Position numbers and translations under genes: made by a program
Source: Moniliella sp. 'wahieum'
Taxonomy: Eukaryota
Direction of reading: 5' to 3'
Assembly: GCA_003971905.1 (NCBI GenBank)
Contig: RSEE01000044.1
Coordinates: forward strand, 496,001 to 534,826
DNA length: 38,826 nt
Notes under the pieces: model-generated
Database searches by the model: none
What the model was told of the DNA's origin: nothing
Seen by the model: the letters and a program-made list of their open reading frames with translations, nothing else
In this document: positions 24,306 to 38,100 of the stretch, piece by piece
How positions within the stretch are numbered: position 1 is the first letter of the stretch
How the letters are laid out: each line of letters opens with the position of its first letter

Positions 24306-25428
24306 ATGTCAGTCCCTTCCAACAAGCAGTTCAAGGTCGCCATCATTGGCTCCGGCAACTGGTACGTCGTCACATCCCTCCCCCTGCCCCCGCCAACCTC
24401 AGGCGCCGCGATGCTGACTGGCACTCGGCGTGATTAGGGGCAGCGCCATTGCCAAGATCATTGGCGAAATGTCCGCAAGTTCCCTGATCTGTTCCAAGAG
24501 CGCGTCTGGATGTATGTGTACGAGGAGAAGATTGATGGCCGCACCTTGACTTCGATTATTAACGAAGATCACGAGAACGTCAAGTACCTTCCTGGTGTCA
24601 AGCTTCCGGACAATGTCTACGCTTGCCCTGATCCCGTCGAGACAGCCAAAGACGCCAACTTGCTCGTCTTTGTCACCCCTCACCAGTTCATTGACGGCAT
24701 CTGCAAGAAGCTCAAGGGCCACATTGCCCCGCATGCCCACGCCATCTCCATGATCAAGGGTGTGGAGGTGGAAACCACTCACATCCGTGTCTTTGCCGAT
24801 GTGATCGAGGAGTACCTTGGATGCAAGTGCTCGGCCCTTTCGGGCGCCAACATTGCTAACGAAGTGGCTCGTGGCAAGTTCTCCGAGACGACCATTGGCT
24901 ACCGTGAAGGTCAGCGAGCCTGGGCAGCTCTTCCACAAACTGTTTGAGACGGCCAAGTTTCGCGTTGGTCTGGTCGAGGACGTGTACGGTGTTTCGCTCG
25001 GTGGCGCTCTAAAGAACGTGGTGGCGATTGCTGCTGGTCTGGTCGATGGCCTCGGTTGGGGCGAGAACGCCAAGGCGGCCATTATGCGCATTGGCCTGAT
25101 TGAGATGAAGAACTTTGCCCAGGAATTCTTCCCTGTCAAGTCGGAGACATTTACGGAAACCTCGGCTGGTGTGGCTGATCTGATCACCACCTGCTACGGT
25201 GGCCGTAACCGTCGCGTTGCCGAGGCGTTCGTCAAGACTGGCAAGTCGTTTGACGAGCTTGAAGCTGAACTCCTCAATGGTCAGAAGCTCCAGGGCACTG
25301 TCACGGCCAAGGAGATTCATCTATTCCTTGCTGCTCGTGGGCGGACGCAGGACTACCCTCTGTTCACCGAGGTGTACGAGGTGGCTTACAATGGTCGTCC
25401 TGCCGAAACGTTGACGGAGACATTGTAG
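24306..25428 (+). CDS. GPD1: NAD-dependent glycerol-3-phosphate dehydrogenase
   Basis: [16 protein letters not shown] (intron 24362-24437), [79 protein letters not shown]. Two apparent indel frameshifts (~24468, ~24915). Confidence 0.96.
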
Positions 25429-26319
25429 ACTACCTTTTCCAGATCGTTTGCATCAGCCTGCCAAAGCCGAAGGACCAGTAATAATTTCGGCCTCTCTGCT
25501 TCCCGCGTGTACTTATTACCCGTTCCTCCATCTGCACCGGCCCGATACGGGATCCCGGGAAATGCTACGCAACTCCATTTTGAACCCAACGTCCTGTCAT
25601 TCAATCAATACGTCTCTTCCTATTACCTTGGTTACAACGACGAGCCCGGCGAAGACAGTTTGACGTTTGATAGATCCCTCGGAGATACACAGTGATGGAA
25701 GTTTAACGTTGAACGTTAACGCCCCACATGCGGTGCAGCCAAAATAGGCTTTTGGGTGGATTACCGTTACCTTTGCAAAGGCAGGAGGAAGACATGGAGT
25801 CATGAGGGTGGCAAAACGCGCTTTCTTGCTGGGCGCTGAGGCGCTGAGGTCCGGTAGGGCCTGCTTTGTGACTAGTGTCTGAAGTGGCTGTACGACAATC
25901 AGACCATTATGTGATCAAACCTCTGCTACTATGATCACGATCATTCCACGCCGGACAAACAATACAGGCTGTAAAGGACGAGTGCTGTGCTGTTCCGTCC
26001 GATTTGGCAACAGCCACAAGATCCGATTTGCTGGCGATATCAAATGTCTACAAGCAAAACGCAGGAGCACGGTGGGCGCGCCCCTCCGGACAAAAGTACT
26101 TGGAGAAGTGGGCAGGGAATGAACGAACGCTATAGCCAACTGCGTTCCGGCTTGCTGCCAGCAGTGCGTGGTCATGTAAGTTGGTCAACTTCGCATTGAA
26201 CGCTGAAAAGCTTGAAGCTTGAGCCTGAAGCGCTGCAGCCTGAAGGAATTATTGATCAGACGGAAGCAGACCCTGAGAACTCGGCCTTGCGCAGCCGATT
26301 GACTGTGGACAATGAGCAG

Positions 26320-28496
26320 TTAGCGTTCGGCACGTCGAGCTTCAAGCACATCAGTAACCCGGTACGTACGCATGGCTACAAGGTGCATGGGCTGGGGCAT
26401 AACCAAAAACGGATCGGTTCGATTCTCCGCCAAGACGGCAACAGCGGGACGACGAGCATCGGATGGGCTAGCCACATCCGTTGTGACTGCATTCAAAGCA
26501 TCGTACACGGCTGCCATGGGCATTTGCCCTGATGGATGACCAACATGAGGCAGCAGTTCCGCCAACGCACGTACTTGGCCCGGCAATCACACCCCCCACA
26601 TCCGTCAAGTCAACAGTCGAGGTTCCATGAAGTATGGAGGACGTCCCCTTGGGCTGGACCTTAGCGCCTCCCCAAGCCGAAGGCGTGGAGAGGGTACGAC
26701 TCTTGGGCAGACGGAACGGCTGTTGCGGTTTGGTCCGCTCGGGCAAAGGAAGGGATTGAGCTTTGCTTGTCACATCATGAGGCTGGTAATCCAGCAACAT
26801 CACCACCCGATCCGCTTCAGCGAGGAAGGCAGATGACGAGCCAGCGACAATGACAATTGCTGCCCCAGTTTGGGACGCTAGGGCATGGACATGCGCCACG
26901 AGCGGCGTGATGGTTTCCCTGGGCACCAAGGTGGCCATCGTTCCGTCTCGCGAAAGCCAATTGGCAGCACAGGTGTCCTCGTCAACGAGCAGCAGAGGTG
27001 TGATCCCGCTCCTTTTCGCTGCGTCGAGGTGTATCCCCATGCCTCGAGGGACTCGACCAACGCAGCAGCGGACGAGGTGGAACCGCTGGCAGACGAAGTG
27101 GAAAGACAACTCGTGTCGTGCTTCCCTGGAAGATGGTTGAAGAAACTGGAAACGTCCAGTGCATGGAGAGGACGACCATCTTCTGAACGAACAAAGGCAG
27201 TATGAGTGAGCTGACCACCTGTTCTCTCCCATCGCCTGGAATATGGTTGTAACAGCCCGAGCTGAGTGCCCCCAGGAGCGTCGATTTTCCATGGAACCCG
27301 GGCCCAACAAGGACAGTAACTGTGCCCTGCTTAAAAGCGAGTCCTTTGATGTCTGCCTCGCCAGGTAAGGCGATGGATGTCGTCGCAACCTCTGGTGCGG
27401 TGAAATGGATCGCACCTTGTTCTGGGGTAGAGGGCGTGCATCATCTCCAGCCCTCCGAGCCAACAGGGAGCCATTGGCAATAAATGCTGCAAAGCCCTGG
27501 AGACGACAGTGTGACGAAGAAAGGCTTGGCGAACAGTTGAGACAATATGCGCTTTGGAGTGTTCTGCCTCGTGCGAAGATTGAGGGAGTAAAGATCGCCC
27601 AACCATCAAACACGGTAGTCAATAGCTTGGCTGCGTTGGTCCCCAAAATCGTCCTCCCCCTTGCCGGTAGGCTCACAGCCATGCGCACTACCACCACCGG
27701 CGGTCCAGCCTCGGTATCCTCAATGGTCACCACGCTGCGGGACACAATCTGCTGCAGAGGGGTGGCACGATTACAAAGCCACCAAATGGGGTAGTGATAG
27801 CCTTGTGCCTTTTGTTCACCCACGTCGACTTGTTTTGGATCTCGGTCGCCTCACACGCGTCGTACAAGCGCCGATGCAAGTAGTCCGCAAACGCTTCCCG
27901 CACAACACTGGACGAGACAAATCCAGACGCGCCATACATCTCGGCTGCACTGCGCGTCCATGCTTCCAGCTGCCATCCTAGCTGCGCAGGCGACGCCAAG
28001 ACTTCGATCGTGCCCGGCTGGGCATACGGGTCGGACTGGATCCGGGCAAAACGCAATTGCAGCCTGGCCACCCCGGATGGGGCAGAAGCGGTAGAAACCG
28101 AATGCGTAAACACTTGTCAGATAGAGCCTTATAGGCAGGGTAAGATCGGCCCTCCAAGCGCTCAAGCATATCGAGCAGGTCGCCGGACGTCGCCCCCGTT
28201 GGCCGATCCAGCTTGCTAAGAACTTGGTTCGAGCGAGCCCCCCTGCACCCGGATAGCAACTCGGACGCAAGATCTCCCATCCCAAATTGAGACGATGTGA
28301 GCTCAGCAACGTCCGACATGGACACATCCCGCGTACTGTGCCCTCCGTACCCGCCATGGCCACCGCGGCCTCCTCGACCACCGCGACCGCCCATACCGCC
28401 ACGACCACCACGACCGCCACGACCGCCACGCGCGCCGCCATGCCCACCATGCGCCATCCCGCCGAGGGAATTGCCCCATCCGCCCGAGCTGGCCAT
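26320..28496 (-). CDS. ABC-class ATPase (COG3044 / ABC_ATPase / MRB1590-like) with N-terminal RGG region
   Basis: LERLEGRSYPAYKAL, RIQSDPYAQP, VSLPARGRTILG, AFIANGSLLARRAG, Walker A VGPGFHGKSTLL followed by YNHIPGDGRE (~27225-27305), SEDGR, ASGSTS, Walker B LLLVDEDTCAANWLSRD, ETITPLV, VAGSSSAFLAEADRVVML. The N-terminus has (RGG)n. Multiple frameshifts. Confidence 0.88.
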
Positions 28497-28816
28497 CCTA
28501 ACAAAGTCTTGGCCCGCTGCACGTAGAGTGGGCGTGCTTCGCATCGGTGGCTCTGCAGAAAAGGCCCCGGCCAGTTGGTTGAGTCGCCGCTGGTGGCAAC
28601 GCCAACAGGAGAAGGAATATTGCGATCGGCGTCATCCATCGCTCATCCATTTCATCGATTTGCTCGCTCAGCGGCTGAGTCAGGCCCAGTGACGTCACAC
28701 GCCACTGGTTACTATCATTGGTCACATGACCACATGACCGCTGACCAGGCTGACCCCTCAGGCCTGTTGGAGTGTGGTGGCATGTGGCACCACTTGGTGT
28801 GATGGCTGGATCGGCC

Positions 28817-28985
28817 ATGTCGCTGGCAAGCGGAACTGGCTATAGAGCTCCGCAACTCGCGCGCTCCGGATTGGTTACCGTCGCGCCCTCGTTCCCCTCC
28901 TTCCTCTTCTCCCTGTTGCATTGAAGGTTGGACTAGCGTCAGGAGCTTACAAAAGCTAAGCTCTGACTGTTCCCACCCTGCACAG
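28817..28985 (+). repeat. Diverged dispersed repeat, copy 2 (partner at 18960-19148)
   Basis: atgtcgctggcaagcggaactggcta...ctcgcgcgctccggattggttaccgtcgcgcc...gcgtcaggagcttacaa...ctgactgtt...ccctgcacag. Confidence 0.85.
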
Positions 28986-29983
28986 TGCAATCGTCCTTAG
29001 CTTGGTAGCGTAGCTACTTCTCAGTTAACGGACAACCGCGGTTCTGGGCTCTCATTGGTGTGACCGATTCATCGCGCTCACCCATTGATCGCCTAGTCTA
29101 GTGCTTCGCCCTAGCCCCCAATCTTTCAAGGCCGCCTCATGCAGTTTGCCTCCAAATCGCAGCACCAGTTTCCCTCGTCACGCGTCAAGTTCCTACTACT
29201 TCTTAAGAGGGGCTCCTTGTCAAGAAGTGTCCAAGGCACGCTGAACTGGATGAAAACACATCACGCTGGTCTTAAGTGTGGCCGTACTCGCTTGAAGCTT
29301 GAAGGTTCAACTGAGCGTTCAGCAGATCCACAGATCCAGAATTCGTGCCCACAGCCCGATAGGCACTGCGTTTCTTTGTCGATACGTCCTTGAAGCTCTG
29401 TAATGATAGGAATGCAGCAACAATAGCCTTTGTACAATAACTAGAGAAACAGTTACATATCTATCGCATCCAGTGCTTGGCAGCCTGGGCTGCAGAGGCC
29501 ACGACGTACTACCGGGACAGTGCCATGTTACAGGGGTTGGACGGACGGAGTACGGAGTACTGACCGCTGAACCCAGCACATTCGGCGGACTGATGTTTGA
29601 TGGCTCAGAGTTCGCTTAGACTCGTGAGCTTGAACTCTCAAGTGTCAAACGTCAAGCTTCAAGCGCCAATCCGTGGATTTGAACGTTGAACTCGTTTCAT
29701 GTATCCCTTTGAGCATGTGAAGATGCACATCGTATAAGCATAACATGCACCCCCAGCCGCCCTCCTTTCTTCTTCTCGCTCGGCGTCCATAGGCCGCTAA
29801 TCCGATCCACACCAACACGCATCCACACCACCTGTTTGCGCCCCAACCACGTGCTAGGGTGATCATCAGTCTAGTCCATGTTCGATGGCTCTGACGGGAC
29901 GGAGGCACAGTGCAGTGGATCTGATGATGCACCAGGGAGCATGCGCGTCATGCCGTGACCCCCCCCCCAGCGAGGAGTGAGGA

Positions 29984-32311
<2,328 letters not shown>

Positions 32312-32502
32312 GGCGGAGCGGCGGTGGCGCGAGGGAGGCGGCGGCGGCGGACGTGTGGGTGCTGGTGGCGCTGATGCACGGATGGGTGCGGTGGTGGCGC
32401 GGCGGCTGATAAACGCTTAGCCTGCCTGAATCAGCGCGCAGCCGCTCCGACCAGCAGCGCTGGCACACATCTCACATCACACACGTGGCATGCACACTGA
32501 CG

Positions 32503-32530
32503 TCACATGTCACGTGCCCACATCACATGT
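32503..32530. promoter_or_regulatory. E-box-like cluster (TCACATGT x2, CACGTG) in the divergent RING/SmD1 promoter
   Basis: gtcacatgtcacgtgcccacatcacatgt lies between two divergently transcribed genes. Confidence 0.4.
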
Positions 32531-32740
32531 CATCGAATCCTGCGTCTGAACGCTAGGGCTCCGCCTGAGGCTCAAGTAAACCTGGAATGTTCAATGGGCG
32601 GAATCGCATGCGTTCCGCCCGCTGGCTTCAGCCAGGCTGCTCGAGGGCTGGCGAGGGCAGTGGGTGCGGATGTGGGCGCCATCGCTTGCCCACATCGCTT
32701 AGCTACCTGCGCGCCACAGGCAGCACTGGTGGCCCAGCAG

Positions 32741-33230
32741 CTCATCCGGTACGTGCGCTTCGTCTGCTCAGCAGCCTCGTTTGTTCCCCGCTGACCGCGC
32801 GTTGTTCTGCTCGACGCAGCTTCTTGATGAAGCTCAACAATGAGACGGTCACCATCGAGCTCAAAAACGGCACGGTCGTCCATGGGACAGTTACTGGTGC
32901 GTGCCCCCTCTGCCGTGTTCTACGTTCTCTCCTAGCTCCTTCTCCTTCTCCTGACCCCTTCCCCATGCTACTTCTCAGGCGTCGATGTCAAGATGAACAC
33001 CCATCTCAAGACAGTCAAGATGACCGTCAAAGGTCAGGAGCCCCAATCCCTCGACGCTCTCCATCCGCGGCAGTACGGTCCGGTACTGGATTCTTCCCGA
33101 CTCGCTTCCGCTCGATATGCTCCTGGTCGATGACACGCCCAAGTCCAAGGCTCGCCGCCGCGATACTGCCAAGAAGGCCGATCGCGGTCGCGGAAGGGGT
33201 CGTGGCCGTGGCCGTGGGCGCGGGAGGTAA
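32741..33230 (+). CDS. SMD1: Small nuclear ribonucleoprotein Sm D1
   Basis: [81 protein letters not shown]...[13 protein letters not shown]. Introns at 32749-32819 and 32897-32978. One frameshift near 33060. Start ATG not resolved. Confidence 0.95.
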
Positions 33231-34905
33231 GTCCTGCTGGCTGGCCATGGGGATGCGCAAGCGCCATATTATTACCCTGTCGCCAGATGCGTATCGGAGG
33301 GATGGGTAGGTCCAAAATCGCTTCCCGCGTCGAGTAGTCAGTCGGTCCTAGGCAGAACGGATGTCCACGAAGGTGCGGCAAGTGGTCACCGCGGTCACAG
33401 CTTCCACCTCGCGCCATGCCGGCCTGGAACTCTCTAGCGGTGGAGATTAGGCGAGGGAGGCAGTTAAACCAATATGTCTGACATCCGCTTGGATACACAT
33501 TCAATGGCATTGCTTCCCACCTCCTTCAAGTTGGTTGGCAACCATCCCCCCGCTCTTTACCTTTGCTTGCCTCACGCGACCTCTGTGAGCAGCCGTGAGG
33601 GGTTCGGGCGATTGCGTATTCCAGATTAGCACTTCTCTGCCACCACATCCGCTCTCCCCCTCCACAGCACCGTTTCTTCCCACAAGGACGGGGTCACGAT
33701 GCTTTGCAGCGATAGTAGGGTGCTCCCTCTGTAAGGCCCAACCGTACAGAAACTTCAGCGGCTGGGCCAAGAGTGGCCCAGGTTGGGGGAGGGCCAAGCG
33801 CGGATGCAGTGGGAGTGGGGAGAGGCACCACACAGGGATGAAGTAAAACTTCACACCTGACGGAAGGACCAAGAAGGTCACGCGAGGCAGTTTTGTGCAC
33901 AACAACTTGCGGTGGCAAGGAGAGGCACACAGGTACCCGAACGGTCAAAAGCCGTGTCTGGAGAAGGAATCCTCGACGCGCTAGCCGGAACAAGAGGTTA
34001 GTTATACTACAGAGATGCGTCGTGCAGAGACGCCGTGGTAGGGCTCCCGCTCCCGGATCACGCAACAGCGACTCACGACTCGTAGTCGTGTGGGCGTTTT
34101 CGAAAGTTGGACTTTTCCGCGAAAATGCCTTGTTTGGGCGTGGACCCCAGGATCTCTTCATTGCTGCTACTTTTGATGCAAATTGGTGCTCCCTTCTCCC
34201 TTCTCCACTGCACGCTTCTGTGTCGTGTCGCCTAAGATCGCGGCCTTGACCTGCCCGCAGCCCCGCTCTGTTGGCCAATCCACCCTGGTTCTGGGTGTAG
34301 GATTCCATGTCATGGTGTGCATGATGTGCTAGCCGCCAAGCTAGGCCAATGTTCTTCCTCTCGAGTCCCTCGCACTGCAAGCGCCACACCACACTAACAA
34401 ATCGCTGAAACCCATCGCTTTGGCGCGTTCAACCTCCTCCTCTCCCCTCCTCTCCCCTCCCTGCCATTCTCTCTCGCCCACGACACGCGCCACATCCATC
34501 CATACACTGTCCCTCTCTCCCTTCAATATCCGTCAGACGCCGATACCTTCGTGCTGTCCTCGTCTTGGTACCGCCAACACCGTTAGATACGTGCCCCTTA
34601 TATGGGACCTACTATTACTACCATCTGTCCGCCTCAGGTGAATTTGCTAGGGCCAGTCACTAGTCAGGGAGCAGTCGTACCAGCTGGATAGCCCGTAACG
34701 CTTAGAGTAAATGACGTGATCTAGCCTGAGGAGACAACGCGTTGTAGCGAAGATCAGACACATACGTCAGTGTTCTTTCCTCAGGCCCGTGGTCGTAGGG
34801 TGCGGTTGGTCGTCCGGGAAGTGGCAGCAAATAATACAGAAGAAACAAAGGCCGGGAGGGGCTGTAGCGATCAGCCTATAGAAAAAAAACGGAGGATGGA
34901 CAGGC

Positions 34906-34961
34906 AAAGCAACAGCAACAGCAACAGCAACAAAGGCAAAAAGCAAAGGCAAAAGCAAAGG
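34906..34961. repeat. Microsatellite-like (GCAACA)n / GCAAA(G) tract
   Basis: gcaacagcaacagcaacagcaacaaaggcaaaaagcaaaggcaaaagcaaagg. Confidence 0.7.
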
Positions 34962-35103
34962 TGTCCCAAACAGTGGAGGCGGGGTAACAAGTACATGCGA
35001 TATTTGTAGTAGGTAAAGATACAAAGGTTCATCGCCGACATGAGATCAATACGATCCGATGAAGGACCATGAGGAGCAACCGAGACGGGATAGGTGCAAG
35101 AGC

Positions 35104-35121
35104 GGGGGGGGGGGGGGGGGG
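35104..35121. repeat. Poly-G tract (18 nt)
   Basis: Read directly from the sequence. Confidence 0.85.
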
Positions 35122-35156
35122 AACCACGTCGACAACGCCAGAAGGCAAAACCAAGG

Positions 35157-38100
35157 CTATGGTTGCAGAGCAAGTAGAAGGATAAAGGCAAGAGAAAGAC
35201 GGGCAGGAACCAGTTCAGCGGCTGCCCCGGTCGGCCATTGAGCTCCGGCACGCGCTTGGCGCACTGCATCGCGCGCATTGCGCGCCACATGCGAGGCACC
35301 TCGGTCGTCGCGCTCAGATTGATATTGGCCATAGTCGTACGCCCCGGCCGATGGGGAAGGCGGAGCCGCCTGGCCTCCCCGCCCCTGGCCCCTGAGCCGC
35401 TTCCGAGCCTGGGCTTGGGCCTGGGCTTGGTAGTACTGGGCATAGTACTGGTGGTAGGCGTCGTTGTACGCCTCTTGGTCCGGGTAATTGCCATGGAAAT
35501 TTCCGTCGGCGCTGGGGCTCGACGCGCCCCTGCCTGCTGATGAAACCGGGTCCGACTGGTCCGTCGATCCGTAGTGCTGCGCGTACCAGTCAGCATACGC
35601 TTGCCGATCCGACCGTTCCGCCGTGTCATGCCGTGTGGGCGGAGGCCGAGAGGCGGAAGCCGAGCGAGGACGCTCCGTTCGCGCTGCTTGTCGTGCCACA
35701 GCCAGTACCGCACTCGCATTCCCCTGCCGCTGGACGTGCAGACCCCGAGACAGCAGCTGGACTCGCGGCCGCCGCACGCACTTCACGCACACATCCCGAG
35801 ATGAACCCCTTCTCGACGGATCGGGTGCCGCCGCGCCTTGAGAGAGAGACCGGGGCCGCGGCGCGGTGAAGGGATCGTCTCAGGCTCGGTTGGCCTCGAG
35901 GCCCGTGGGCGGTGCATGTCATCGCACTTCGGCCAGGTCGACCTCGCGAGCTCTGCCTCGGCGAGGACGCGAGGCAGCGCTCGACTCGTTCGACAATTCC
36001 ACCCCACCCATCGCAACGCCCCAATGGCCCCCGTACCATCAGCTGAACGCGCTGGCCGGGAGTTAGGAGTGTGCGGCTGGTCTGCTGCCCCAGCGCCAGA
36101 TGCATAACCTTGTTGAGGATCCTGGGATAACGGTGATGGCGCGCTGCAGGGCTTTGGCCCGAATGGCGTCGGTTGGCTGAGATGGGTGGTTGTACGACAC
36201 GTACGCTGGATCAGCCCGCACATCGTACCCACGAGGCCTTGGTTTGACCCATACCCGCCCCTTTGGCCTCCATCGTACCGCGGATCAGGGTACGAGCCGT
36301 ACCCTCACCATAGGATGGGTAGCCTTGATTTGGGTCGTAGCCTTGAGAAGTGCCATAGGCTTGTCTGCCTTGGTTGGAAGACGGGTGGTGCTGAGCCCAA
36401 GCCGCCTCGTCGTACCCCATATGGCTCTGCCGCCCACGTGGCGAGTCAAACGTGTCCGCCGACTGGGAAGGCTGATGAGCAAACCTGCCTTGACTCGGGA
36501 AACTTCCCATCGGGTCCTTCTCCATCTCGCTCATCGTCGTCCGTGACATCTTCTTGCTATGGGCACGGCATTCGTACCCAGCCGCCGCAGCCACCGCACT
36601 GGCCGATGCCCCCACCGCGGGCGTTCCGACATGCGTACCCATTCATCAGGTGCTCTTGACTGGGCGAAGCGAGTTGCTCCTACCGCCATACCCCCGGGGG
36701 CAGTGAGGCTCTCTCCTCCCGCATTGGTTTGCCGACCAGTCCGCCCCCCTTGGCACCTGCCACGGCCGCCTCGAGCTCCCTAGCGCGGCGACGCTTGCGC
36801 ATACACGCCACAAGAACGATAACCGCGATGATGGCCAACAACGCACCACCACCACCCGCACCCAGCTGCAATTGCAATGACGGCCGTCTTGGAGAGAGAA
36901 TGGGAGTGGGAAACCGAACCGGTAAAGCCAGAGTTGGTAGTATTGCCCGAGCCGGTAGGGCCATTGGCAGCGGTGGAACCATTACCAGCGCATAGGCTCT
37001 TGGATCCATCGTCACCCCCCAGTACGACATTCAGATTGGCAACCACTGCCATGCTGTCTGCCCACAGTCACACTTAGAGTCCCATCGGAACCAACTGTAA
37101 CCTTTTGTTGGGCTTGGGTAGTGTTGACCAGATTCGGCTTGCCGTCCCGCTCGACTCGTACTCAATTCCATTCCACGTTGTGTTGTGGTGGAGGTGGAGA
37201 GAGGGGCGGAGAGGGTGGAAAGGAAAAAGTTTTCCCTTTCAAATTGGGAACAGACACGGAAAAGCTCACTGTGGGAGTCGATTGGCGTTTGTAGACGCTC
37301 GGAGAAAAATCGGAGCGGCGTTGCGGCGGCGCAACAGTAGTATCGGGACCAGTGGGGTTCGAGTTGATAAACAAATGCTCTGCAGCGTGTTCCGACGGTA
37401 ACACCCCGTATGCCGCCAAACGATTGCTATAGGCAGCCGGCACATTGCTGAGTTGCAACAGGGCAAAATTGGTGTTACACCCGGTCCCCAGCAGCTGCCA
37501 ATGGCAGCAAAGGCATAGTAGGACGAGCGTACATGAGGACCCACGCCATTCTGCACATTGGTTGCCAAGCGAGCCAAACGAGTTGTCGGTCATGTGGATC
37601 TGCACACTCGACACACCCCACCGTAGAGGCAAAAAGGAAAAAATTCAGTGTCCACAGCGTGTTGGCTGTTACGCTCACAAGTCAGCATTCGGCTCTCCTA
37701 GTCACAAAGAGATGAACGTACCAAAGGTATCGCTGATGCCTTGGATGCCCGTTGGCCCCACCGATCCCATCTCGCGAAGAAAGTAGGCCTTGCCGGACTG
37801 ATTCGCTTGTTGCACTTGGCTGGTCCACTCGGTGAACTGTTGAGTCGTCGTTGGCAGATTGAGCAACCGGTCAATGGTCAGTTTGAAATTGGATACATCC
37901 GAATAGTCTGTGGTCATGAAAACTCGGTCAGCAGAGAACATAGACGAGAGCAGAGCCGAACATACAGTAGTAGTCATCCATTCCAACCCCGCAGATACTG
38001 TCCATTCGCAGAAGCGACACCAGTGTCCATCAGGTTGGCGATACGGTAGGCATGACCGGACTTTGTCGCGGTCGTGGCTGTGCAGGCCGCCTCAAACATA

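Noticed and set aside
24399..25190. 263-aa antisense ORF over GPD1, and many other long overlapping ORFs (e.g. 16040-16639, 30755-31420, 31748-32374)
   Set aside because: These are shadow ORFs expected from high GC and codon bias on the opposite strand, with no recognisable motifs.
24306..25428. GPD1 (and SmD1, sedolisin) as pseudogenes or programmed-frameshift genes
   Set aside because: The protein motifs are fully conserved and the indels fall mostly at simple runs across all genes, so sequencing error is more parsimonious.
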